Of a stretch of 64,000 bases of DNA, positions 45,097 through 52,915 are shown piece by piece. Numbering within the stretch: the first letter of the stretch is position 1; each line of letters starts with the position of its first letter. Below the pieces are notes generated by a model, which had not been told where the DNA came from, ran no database searches, and worked only from the letters and a program-made list of their open reading frames with translations. Made by a program: the position numbers and the translations under genes. This DNA comes from Acidobacteriaceae bacterium (GTDB lineage Bacteria; Acidobacteriota; Terriglobia; Terriglobales; Acidobacteriaceae), in contig DATAWD010000051.1 of the NCBI GenBank assembly GCA_036267395.1, forward strand, positions 872 through 64,871. Direction: 5' to 3'.

Positions 45097-46185
45097 ATGC
45101 AGGGGAGGAAGAACATCGTGCGCAAATCTGAAGTTGTCGTCATCACTGGAGCCTCGGCCGGCGTCGGCCGCGCCACCGTCCGCGAATTCGCCCGCCATGG
45201 CGCCTCGGTCGGCCTCATCGCCCGCGGTACCGAGGGCCTCGAAGGAGCCCGACGCGAAGTCGTAACCGCCGGCGGCAAAGCCCTCGTCCTGCCCCTCGAC
45301 GTCGCCGATCCCAATGCCGTCGAAGCCGCCGCCGACCGCGTCGAACGCGAGCTCGGCCCCATCGACATCTGGGTCAACGACGCCATGACTTCCGTCTTTT
45401 CGCCCATTAAAAAAATGACGGGCGAAGAATTCCGCCGCGTCACTGAGGTCACATATCTCGGCTTCGTCAACGGCACTCTCGCCGCGCTCAAACATATGCT
45501 GCCCCGCGATCGCGGAACCATCGTCCATGTCGGCTCGGCCCTCGGATACCGCAGCATTCCGCTCCAGGCCGCCTATTGCGCCTCCAAACATGCCGTCCAG
45601 GGTTTTTACGCCTCGCTGCGTACCGAACTACTCCACGACAAGAGCAACGTCCGTACCACCATTGTTCAGATGCCCGCGCTCAACACGCCTCAGTTCGGCT
45701 GGTGCCGCAGCAAGCTTCCCCGGAAGGCGCAGCCCGTGCCCCCCATCTTCCAGCCGGAGGTGGCCGCCCGCGCCATCTACCACGCCGCGCATCACCCCAA
45801 TCGCCGTGAGTACTTCGTCGGCGGATCCACCGTCAAGGCCATCTTCGGAAACAAAATCGCGCCCGGCTTTGCCGACCGCTATCTCGCCCGCACCGGCTAC
45901 GACGCCCAGCAGTACGACGGCCATGAAGATCCCAACCGCCCCGACAATCTCTACGAGCCCGTTCCCGGCGACCACGGCGCACACGGCGTCTTCGACGACC
46001 GCTCCCGCGACCACAGCTGGGAATTCTGGGGCGAATCCCACCTCAAAACCGTCCTCGCCGGTCTCGGCGTCTCCATTGGTGTCGGCGCGTATTTGTGGCA
46101 GCGCTTCACGCGTCCCACCACAACAGAAAGAGCTGCCCGCAAAATCCGCGCCATCCGCGATCAGGTCGTCCGCAAAGCCGCGTAA
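45097..46185 (+). CDS. SDR-family oxidoreductase with C-terminal hydrophobic tail
   Basis: Has VVVITGASAGVGRA and AAYCASKHAVQGF (YxxxK). C-terminal TVLAGLGVSIGVGAYLW. GTG 45118, preceded by GGAGG (45104-45108), may be the true start. Confidence 0.88.
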   Translation: MQGRKNIVRKSEVVVITGASAGVGRATVREFARHGASVGLIARGTEGLEGARREVVTAGGKALVLPLDVADPNAVEAAADRVERELGPIDIWVNDAMTSVFSPIKKMTGEEFRRVTEVTYLGFVNGTLAALKHMLPRDRGTIVHVGSALGYRSIPLQAAYCASKHAVQGFYASLRTELLHDKSNVRTTIVQMPALNTPQFGWCRSKLPRKAQPVPPIFQPEVAARAIYHAAHHPNRREYFVGGSTVKAIFGNKIAPGFADRYLARTGYDAQQYDGHEDPNRPDNLYEPVPGDHGAHGVFDDRSRDHSWEFWGESHLKTVLAGLGVSIGVGAYLWQRFTRPTTTERAARKIRAIRDQVVRKAA

Positions 46186-46297
46186 CCCTCGTCGCTGGCG
46201 CCTCTCGCGATCCCTCTCAATTTCGGGAGAGATCGCGAACAACGAGCGATGGGACCCCTGTGTCCTCCGTGTTCTCTGGAGTGAATTCTCTTTGACC

Positions 46298-47968
46298 TCA
46301 AGCCCCCAGCCGAACCCGCCCATTCGGACGCATCCGCATTCTCCGCTCCGCCCGGCCAGATTCCCGCACCGTTACTATCCCTTCGACGTCGCTCGTTCCC
46401 ACTGCTTCGCATAACTGGCCCGTCCGCGTCGTCATCAGCCGCGCGACACCGTCCACCGACGCAATCGTCCGCCCCCCCAACCGAATTTCCGATTTCCCGC
46501 CCTCATACCGAAGCTCCGCCGTTCGCCCTGCCAGTGGCAGCACAAACACAGCTCGCTCCGAAGGCGCCCGCACATTCCACTCCAGCAGCTCGCCCTCCGC
46601 CCGCACCCCCGACAAACGCCACACAAAATCCACCAGCACCAGCGCCGCCGGCGAATACCCACCCGGATCCCCCGCCGTGAACTCTCCTGTCATCGGATCC
46701 ATCTGCTGCCGAAACGCCCCCGCCTGCCCGATCGCGCTCACCCACTGCTGCATCATCCAGGCCAGTTCTGCCGGCTTGCCGTAATACTCCATCCAGCGCG
46801 GAGTTCGCAACGCCGTCAGCGCCTGCGCCGCACCGCCCCACGAATTCTTAGGGATGGGCCGCACAAACGTCGGATCGTCCAGCGCCTCCGAGGGATATGG
46901 ATACGCCCCCCAGAACGCCCCCGTATTGTGCGCCTGCTTCCGCCACACCGTCTCGAACAACTCCTGCCCCACCACGTGCTCGCCCAGCACCCGCAGCGTC
47001 GCCACGCTCCGCACTCCAACGAACCGCCCACTCGCGTCCACGTCGTAGAACAACCCAGTCTCCGGATCGTAGAGCCGCTCCTCAATCAACTCGCGGATCG
47101 CCTGCGCTGCCCCGCTCCACCGATCTGCCTCGCTCGTCTTTCCCAACGCCTTCGCCATCCCCGCCAGCGCCACCCGTCCGCCATACACCGTCGCCGACAA
47201 ATCGGGACACAGCCGCGGCAGCCCCGGCGCGTCAGGACACTTCCGCGCATCCCCATCGGGACACACATTCGGCATCCCCGCCCATCGCGGACTGTTGTCC
47301 ATCCCCGTGTCCCACGTGCAGAACCCCTCGCACAGCCCCGTCCCTCGAGTATTCCGATACTTCCTCAGCCACGCATCCCACCGCCCGCACGCCGCGTATG
47401 CAGCATGCAGCAGTTCCTCATCGCCCGTCCGCTCTGCCAGCTCCCAGGCCGTCGCTCCAATCGGCACCACCATCTGGATCTGCCCAAACCCCGGCCCCCC
47501 ACCCCGCGCCCGAACCGCCTGGCGCCCGCGCTCTCTCCGACCACTCCCCGCCCGCGCATTCGGATGTTGCGCACTTTCCACCGCCCTCCCCGCCCGCACC
47601 CAGCACGGCAACTGCCCATCCTCCTTCTGCAGCGTGAAAAAGATCCGGTGATTGCTCCTCGCCACCGCCAGCGCCGCCGCCGATTCGGTCTCGCTCCACA
47701 CCAGACCCTCCTGCGGCGCGCACTCCAGCCACACTCCGTGATACCCGCTGCCCTCCACTAGCACCGGCTCCCGATACCCCGCCACCCGGACCACATTCCC
47801 CGCCAGCGTCCGCATCGCCGCCTCATAGACGCGCATCTTCTCCGCATCGTCGCAGCGGAAGCTCCGTCCGTCACCGCCCGCAATCTCGCTCGCCCCCCGC
47901 GCCGGGCCCCCCGCCAGCACTCCCGCCGTCAGCCACGCACTCCCCCGAATCAACTCCCTCCGATTCAT
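46298..47968 (-). CDS. Tat-exported six-hairpin glycoside hydrolase (GH63/GH37-like, MGH1-type)
   Basis: ATG 47968 gives MNRRELIRGSAWLTAGVLAGGPARG (twin-arginine). Has CEGFCTWDTGMDNSPRW and an (alpha/alpha)6-like repeat pattern. The family assignment is approximate. Confidence 0.7.
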   Translation of the reverse strand: MNRRELIRGSAWLTAGVLAGGPARGASEIAGGDGRSFRCDDAEKMRVYEAAMRTLAGNVVRVAGYREPVLVEGSGYHGVWLECAPQEGLVWSETESAAALAVARSNHRIFFTLQKEDGQLPCWVRAGRAVESAQHPNARAGSGRRERGRQAVRARGGGPGFGQIQMVVPIGATAWELAERTGDEELLHAAYAACGRWDAWLRKYRNTRGTGLCEGFCTWDTGMDNSPRWAGMPNVCPDGDARKCPDAPGLPRLCPDLSATVYGGRVALAGMAKALGKTSEADRWSGAAQAIRELIEERLYDPETGLFYDVDASGRFVGVRSVATLRVLGEHVVGQELFETVWRKQAHNTGAFWGAYPYPSEALDDPTFVRPIPKNSWGGAAQALTALRTPRWMEYYGKPAELAWMMQQWVSAIGQAGAFRQQMDPMTGEFTAGDPGGYSPAALVLVDFVWRLSGVRAEGELLEWNVRAPSERAVFVLPLAGRTAELRYEGGKSEIRLGGRTIASVDGVARLMTTRTGQLCEAVGTSDVEGIVTVRESGRAERRMRMRPNGRVRLGA

Positions 47969-48086
47969 CCCGCCTGCGTCCCCCTTCTCCCATTTTGCCG
48001 AACCTTCGCTTCCGGCAACCCTATACGGTAGTCTGCTAGAGGCGCCCTGCAATCGGCTCAGTTCCGCGGAGTGCTCGCCCACGCGT

Positions 48087-49304
48087 ATGCTCCATTTCCT
48101 CTTTTACCTGGGCCTCTTCGGCCTGCTCACCTCGACCCTCTCCGCCCTCCTGGCCCTCCTCGGCCTTGCCCGTTTTCGCAATGATCGCCGCAATGTGTCC
48201 CAGCCTGGCGGCGAAGCCGCGCACGCCTCGACGGCCCGTCCCCCGGTTTCACTCCTCAAACCCCTCGACGGCGACGAGCCCAACCTCGAAGCCCATCTCG
48301 AAACCTTTTTCCGCCAGGATTACCCGGAGTTTGAAATCCTCTTCTGCGCCCGCCATGCCGACGACCTCGGTCTCGCCGCCGCCCGCCGCGTCGCCGCCCG
48401 CTACCCCCACATCCCCGCACGGTTCCTCTCCACGGGAGACGACACCTGGATCAACGCCAAAGTCTCCTCGCTCGAGGGCATGCACGCCGCCGCCACCTAC
48501 GACATCCTGATCATCAGTGACAGCGATGTCCGCGTAACGCCCCGTTACATCCGCGACGTCGCTGCGCCCTTCGCCGACGAAGCCGTGGGCGCGGTCACCT
48601 GCCTCTACCGCGGCGTGGCCGACCAGGGCCTCTGGGCCCAGATGGAAGCCGCCGGCATGTCAGTTGAAATGACCACCGGCGTCCTCACCGCCAATCTCCT
48701 CGAAGGTATGAAGTTCGCCCTCGGTCCCACCATGGCCGTTCGCCGCCGCTCCGTCGAGGCCATGGGCGGATTCGGCGTCCTCGGCCCCTATTGCTCTGAC
48801 GACTTCCTCCTCGGCGCCAACGTCGCCGCCCAGGGATCCGCCGTCGTCCTCTCCCACCACGTCATCGATCACATCATCCTCAACCTCAGCTTCGCCGCCT
48901 CCCTCCGCCACCAGCTCCGCTGGATGAAGTCCACCCGCTTCTCCCGCCCCCTCGGCCACCTCGGCACCGCCCTCACCTTCAGCGTTCCCTTTGGTCTCGT
49001 CGCCTTCGCCGCCGCCCTCGCCCTTCATCATCCGGTCCTCGCGATGGCCGCCCTCGCGTACAGCCTCCTCAACCGCATCCTTCTCGCCGCTCTCATCGGA
49101 TCGTTCGCCGTCCAGGAGCGCCATCTCCTCCGCGCCACCCTCCTCTATCCCCTTCGCGACCTCCTCGGATTCTTCTGCTGGATCGCCAGCTACGGCAGCA
49201 GCACTATCCTCTGGCGCGGACGCCGCTACCGCCTAACCCGCGGCGGCCTCATGCACCCGACGGACGGCGAAGCGCCCCACAAACCGGAACATGCCCTGAC
49301 ATAA
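48087..49304 (+). CDS. GT21-type membrane glycosyltransferase (HpnI / ceramide-glucosyltransferase-like)
   Basis: 405 aa with an N-terminal TM. Has PPVSLLKPLDGDEPNLEAHLETFFRQDYPEFEILF, INAKVSSL, ILIISDSDVRV and GAVTCLYRG, plus C-terminal TMs. Confidence 0.8.
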   Translation: MLHFLFYLGLFGLLTSTLSALLALLGLARFRNDRRNVSQPGGEAAHASTARPPVSLLKPLDGDEPNLEAHLETFFRQDYPEFEILFCARHADDLGLAAARRVAARYPHIPARFLSTGDDTWINAKVSSLEGMHAAATYDILIISDSDVRVTPRYIRDVAAPFADEAVGAVTCLYRGVADQGLWAQMEAAGMSVEMTTGVLTANLLEGMKFALGPTMAVRRRSVEAMGGFGVLGPYCSDDFLLGANVAAQGSAVVLSHHVIDHIILNLSFAASLRHQLRWMKSTRFSRPLGHLGTALTFSVPFGLVAFAAALALHHPVLAMAALAYSLLNRILLAALIGSFAVQERHLLRATLLYPLRDLLGFFCWIASYGSSTILWRGRRYRLTRGGLMHPTDGEAPHKPEHALT

Positions 49305-49313
49305 TTACAGCCG

Positions 49314-49334
49314 TTATCCCGAGCGAAGCGCCGG
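49314..49334 (+). repeat. Gene-3'-flank element, copy 1 (TTATCCCGAGCGAAGCGCCGG)
   Basis: Starts 9 nt after the GT21 gene stop. The 19-nt core 49316-49334 is identical to 51021-51039. Confidence 0.8.
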
Positions 49335-49402
49335 ATAAGCTCCAACCCTCATCGCGGGGCGAACCGGTGGCGCAACCGCCGATCAGGACCTGGAGCGGGC
49401 CG

Positions 49403-49433
49403 CCCTACACCCTAACCCGCAAACCCTATACCC
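49403..49433 (-). repeat. Heptamer-phased C3-tract run (five G3 tracts on the minus strand)
   Basis: CCC-TACA-CCC-TAA-CCC-GCAAA-CCC-TATA-CCC. It ends 6 nt before the TTG start at 49440. Confidence 0.8.
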
Positions 49434-49439
49434 TGTTCT

Positions 49440-51005
49440 TTGCAGAAAACTGCCGTCATCATCGGAGCCGGTCCCGCCGGCCTCACCGCCGCGCTCGAAC
49501 TCCTCCGCCGCTCCGGCATCCGCCCCATTGTCCTCGAAGCTACCGACGCCATCGGCGGCATCTCCCGCACCATCCGCCACAATGGCAACCGCATGGACAT
49601 CGGCGGCCACCGCTTCTTCTCCAAGTCCGACCGCGTCATGAACTGGTGGACCGACCTCATGCCCGTCGCCGCCAGCGAAGATCCCTCCGACACCCACGCC
49701 ATCAGCTACCAGGGCAAAGAGCGAACCGTCTCCACGTCCAGCGTCGCGGCCAATGCCGACCTCGTCATGCTCGTCCGCCCCCGCCGCAGCCGCATCTATT
49801 TCCTGCGCAGCTTCTTTGACTACCCCCTCGCTCTCAACGGCCAAACCATCCGCCAGCTTGGCTTCTCACGCATGGCGAAGATCGGCATCAGCTACCTCCG
49901 GGCTCATCTCTTTCCCCGCCGCAACGAGAAGACCCTCGAAGACTTCCTCATCAACCGTTTTGGCCGCGTGCTCTACCTCACCTTCTTCAAGTCCTATACG
50001 GAAAAAGTCTGGGGCGTCCCCTGCAATCAGATCAGCGCCGAATGGGGCGCCCAGCGCATCAAGGGCCTATCCCTCCGTACCGCGCTGGCTCACTTTTTTA
50101 AGAAGACCTTCGCCCGCACAGAGTCCGCCGACATCGCCCAGAAAGGCACCGAAACCTCCCTCATCGAGAAGTTCCTCTACCCCAAATACGGCCCCGGCCA
50201 GCTCTGGGAATACGTCGCAGATTTAGTGACAGAAAAGGGCGGCGAGGTCCGCCTCGGCTGGCGCGTCCATAAGCTCCACGTCGAAAACGACCACATCGTT
50301 TCCGTCCACGCTACCGATCCTCATGGCGCCACCCACACCTTTCCCGCCGACTACGTCTTCTCCACCATGCCCGTCCGCGAACTCATTCACGATCTCGACA
50401 TTCCCGTACCCGATGACGTCCGCCAGGTCGCCGATGGCCTCGTCTACCGCGACTTCATCACCGTCGGCCTCCTCGTCAACCGCCTCACCGTCACCGAGCC
50501 TGACGGCTCCCCTCTCAAAGACACCTGGATCTACATTCAGGAGCCCGACGTTCTCGTCGGACGGCTCCAGATCTTCAATAACTGGAGCCCCTTCATGGTC
50601 GCCGACCCCTCCAAAGTCTGGATCGGCCTTGAATACTTCTGCTACGACACCGACCGGCTCTGGAACCTCCCCGACGACGAGATCGCCCGCTTCGCCATCG
50701 CCGAAATTGAAAAGATCGGCATCGTCCGCGCCGCCGACGTCCTCGACTCCCACGTAGTCCGCGTCCCTAAAACCTACCCGGCTTACTTCGGAACCTACGA
50801 CCGCTTCGACACCATCGTTCGCTACACCGATCGTTTCCAGAACCTCTTCCTCATTGGTCGCAACGGTATGCACAAATACAACAATCAGGACCACTCCATG
50901 CTCACCGCCATGACCGCCGTCGACCAGATCGTCGCCGGCCATATCGATAAAACCGCCCTCTGGGAAATCAACACCGAGCAGGAATACCACGAAGAAAAGA
51001 AGTAG
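49440..51005 (+). CDS. NAD(P)/FAD-dependent oxidoreductase (amine-oxidase/HemY-like fold)
   Basis: 521 aa. TTG start directly before [40 protein letters not shown]. No in-frame ATG alternative lies near the Rossmann motif. Confidence 0.85.
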   Translation: MQKTAVIIGAGPAGLTAALELLRRSGIRPIVLEATDAIGGISRTIRHNGNRMDIGGHRFFSKSDRVMNWWTDLMPVAASEDPSDTHAISYQGKERTVSTSSVAANADLVMLVRPRRSRIYFLRSFFDYPLALNGQTIRQLGFSRMAKIGISYLRAHLFPRRNEKTLEDFLINRFGRVLYLTFFKSYTEKVWGVPCNQISAEWGAQRIKGLSLRTALAHFFKKTFARTESADIAQKGTETSLIEKFLYPKYGPGQLWEYVADLVTEKGGEVRLGWRVHKLHVENDHIVSVHATDPHGATHTFPADYVFSTMPVRELIHDLDIPVPDDVRQVADGLVYRDFITVGLLVNRLTVTEPDGSPLKDTWIYIQEPDVLVGRLQIFNNWSPFMVADPSKVWIGLEYFCYDTDRLWNLPDDEIARFAIAEIEKIGIVRAADVLDSHVVRVPKTYPAYFGTYDRFDTIVRYTDRFQNLFLIGRNGMHKYNNQDHSMLTAMTAVDQIVAGHIDKTALWEINTEQEYHEEKK

Positions 51006-51017
51006 GGGAGAAACGGC

Positions 51018-51059
51018 CTCATCCCGAGCGAAGCGCCGGGCAGAATCCCCGCAGCGGTG
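51018..51059 (+). repeat. Gene-3'-flank element, copy 2 (box 1 CTCATCCCGAGCGAAGCGCCGGG + box 2 TCCCCGCAGCGGTG)
   Basis: Starts 12 nt after the FAD-oxidoreductase stop (TAG 51003-51005). Confidence 0.8.
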
Positions 51060-51215
51060 AAAGCTGGCTCACGGCGCGCAGCCGAGAGCCCGGCCTCAGC
51101 AAGGCGCCGCAAAACCAGCGTCGAACGGTCCCCCACAGCAAAACGAGCAGCATCCACCACAGCATTGTGGCTGCCATACTTTTCTCGCGACTTCCGCCTG
51201 CACCCGGCTGCTCTA

Positions 51216-51246
51216 CCCTGCACCCTGTACCCTGTCCCTCACTCCC
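51216..51246 (-). repeat. Heptamer-phased C3-tract run (five G3 tracts on the minus strand)
   Basis: CCC-TGCA-CCC-TGTA-CCC-TGT-CCC-TCACT-CCC. It overlaps the stop codon (51239-51241) of the minus-strand small ORF. Confidence 0.8.
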
Positions 51247-51514
51247 ACTGCGTCGTATGCCGTCGCAGCCACCAGCACGCCGGCGCCCCTCCGTGCGGAA
51301 ACACTGACCGCGCGCAGGTCTCCTGCATCGTCCCCATATAGTCGTACTCCTGCTTGTTCCCCTTCAGCGCCGTCGACAAAAACTGCTGCACCGTCACCGT
51401 GTCATACGACGTCCCCCGCGCCGCCCGCACGGCAAACATCGCCCAGTCCCCGCACCACAGCAGTATCGCCGCCAGCATCACGGCCAGCACCCCGCGCTCC
51501 AGAATCTTCAGCAC
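51239..51514 (-). CDS. Hypothetical small membrane-anchored protein
   Basis: 91 aa from a GTG start. N-terminal TM (GVLAVMLAAILLWCGDWAMFAV), then a polar domain with 2 Cys. Strong G/C third-position bias in this frame. No family recognised. Confidence 0.5.
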   Translation of the reverse strand: MLKILERGVLAVMLAAILLWCGDWAMFAVRAARGTSYDTVTVQQFLSTALKGNKQEYDYMGTMQETCARSVFPHGGAPACWWLRRHTTQWE

Positions 51515-51538
51515 CGGTCGTCTCCTCTCACCTGGCCC

Positions 51539-51608
51539 TCATTGCCTCTTGCCTGTTTTTTCCCGTGGTCCCCATTGCCTGTTGCCTGTCGCCTTTTGCC
51601 TGTTTTTT
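51539..51608 (+). repeat. Cluster of five TTGCCT(G/C) heptamers with two T6 runs
   Basis: TTGCCT at 51542, 51549, 51575, 51582 and 51596. Two larger direct repeats CATTGCCTnTTGCCTGT (51540-51556 and 51573-51589). Lies in the 121-bp divergent region between the small ORF (start 51514) and the M24 gene (ATG 51636). Confidence 0.8.
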
Positions 51609-51635
51609 CATCCCTCCAACCTATACCCTGTCTTC

Positions 51636-52808
51636 ATGGATCTCGATACTATCCAGGCGGCCCTCCGCGCCGCTCACTTTGATGCCTGGCTCTTTTACGA
51701 TCATCACCACCGCGATCCGCTCGCCGCCTCCATCCTCGGCCTTCCCGATACCGGCCTCGTCAGCCGCCGCTGGTACTACGTCATCCCCGCCGACGGCCAG
51801 CCCCGCAAACTCGTCCACCGCATCGAAGCCGGGAAACTCGACGCTCTCCCCGGCTCCAAAGGCGTCTACTCCTCCTGGCAGGAGCTGCAAAGCGGACTCG
51901 ACGCCCTCCTCGCTCCCTGGACCCGCATCGCCATGCAGTACTCCCCCAACAACGACATCATGTACGTCTCCATGGTCGATGCCGGCACCGTTGAGTTCCT
52001 GCGCTCCCTCGGCAAAGAAATCGCCAGCTCCGCCGACCTCGTCTCCCTCTTCCAGGCCGTCCTCAACCAGGCTCAGATCGATTCCCATTACGTCGCCCAG
52101 CGCGCCCTCGACGAAATCGTCAACCAGGGCCTCCAGCTCATCGGCAGCCGCGCCCGCGCCGGCGCTCCACTCTCCGAATTTGAAATGATGCTCTGGTTCC
52201 GCGAGGCCATGGATCACGCCGGCCTCTTCACCGACCACGGCCCCAACGTCTCCATCAACGAAAACAGCTCCGACTCTCACTACGAGCCCACCTCCGGCGC
52301 CAGCCGCCGCATCGCCACCGGCTCCTTCCTCCTCATCGATATCTGGTGCCGCCAGAACATCCCCGGATCCATCTGGTACGACATCACCTGGACCGGCGTC
52401 GTCAATCGCGAGCCTACCGAACAGGAGCGCATCATCTTCGCCTGCGTACGCGACGCCCGCGACGCCGCCATTGACACCGTTCGCACCGCCTTCACCGACG
52501 GAATGCGCCCCATCGCCGGCTTCGAGGCCGACGACGCCGCCCGCTCCGTCGTCCGCGCCGCCGGCTACGGCGACTACTTCACCCACCGCACCGGCCACAA
52601 CATTGGCACCGAGATCCACGGCGCTGGCGCCCATCTCGACAATCTCGAAACCCACGACACCCGCCGCATCCTGCCCTTCACCTGCTTCTCCGTCGAGCCC
52701 GGCATCTATCTCCCCGAATTCGGCATTCGCAGCGAAATCAACATGATCACCTCCCGCGACAATGCCGCCGTCACCGGCCGCATCCAGCGCGAGCTCGTCC
52801 GCGTCTAG
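51636..52808 (+). CDS. M24-family metallopeptidase (Xaa-Pro aminopeptidase/creatinase-like)
   Basis: ATG 51636 (MDLDTIQAALRAAHFDAWLFYD..). The upstream part of the track ORF is repeat DNA. Has LIDIWC, HRTGHNIGTEIHG, SVEPGIY and IRSEIN. Confidence 0.88.
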   Translation: MDLDTIQAALRAAHFDAWLFYDHHHRDPLAASILGLPDTGLVSRRWYYVIPADGQPRKLVHRIEAGKLDALPGSKGVYSSWQELQSGLDALLAPWTRIAMQYSPNNDIMYVSMVDAGTVEFLRSLGKEIASSADLVSLFQAVLNQAQIDSHYVAQRALDEIVNQGLQLIGSRARAGAPLSEFEMMLWFREAMDHAGLFTDHGPNVSINENSSDSHYEPTSGASRRIATGSFLLIDIWCRQNIPGSIWYDITWTGVVNREPTEQERIIFACVRDARDAAIDTVRTAFTDGMRPIAGFEADDAARSVVRAAGYGDYFTHRTGHNIGTEIHGAGAHLDNLETHDTRRILPFTCFSVEPGIYLPEFGIRSEINMITSRDNAAVTGRIQRELVRV

Positions 52809-52815
52809 CCCAGCC

Positions 52816-52855
52816 TGTCATCCCGAGCAACGCGCCGCCGGCACCTCCCCAGCGG
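52816..52855 (+). repeat. Gene-3'-flank element, copy 3 (TGTCATCCCGAGCAACGCGCCGCCGG + TCCCCAGCGG)
   Basis: Starts 7 nt after the M24 stop (TAG 52806-52808). Confidence 0.7.
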
Positions 52856-52915
52856 CATACCCTGCCTCCCGCCGCTCGGTCGCGCATCCACCGATTGCCG
52901 CGCTCATCCGTTACC

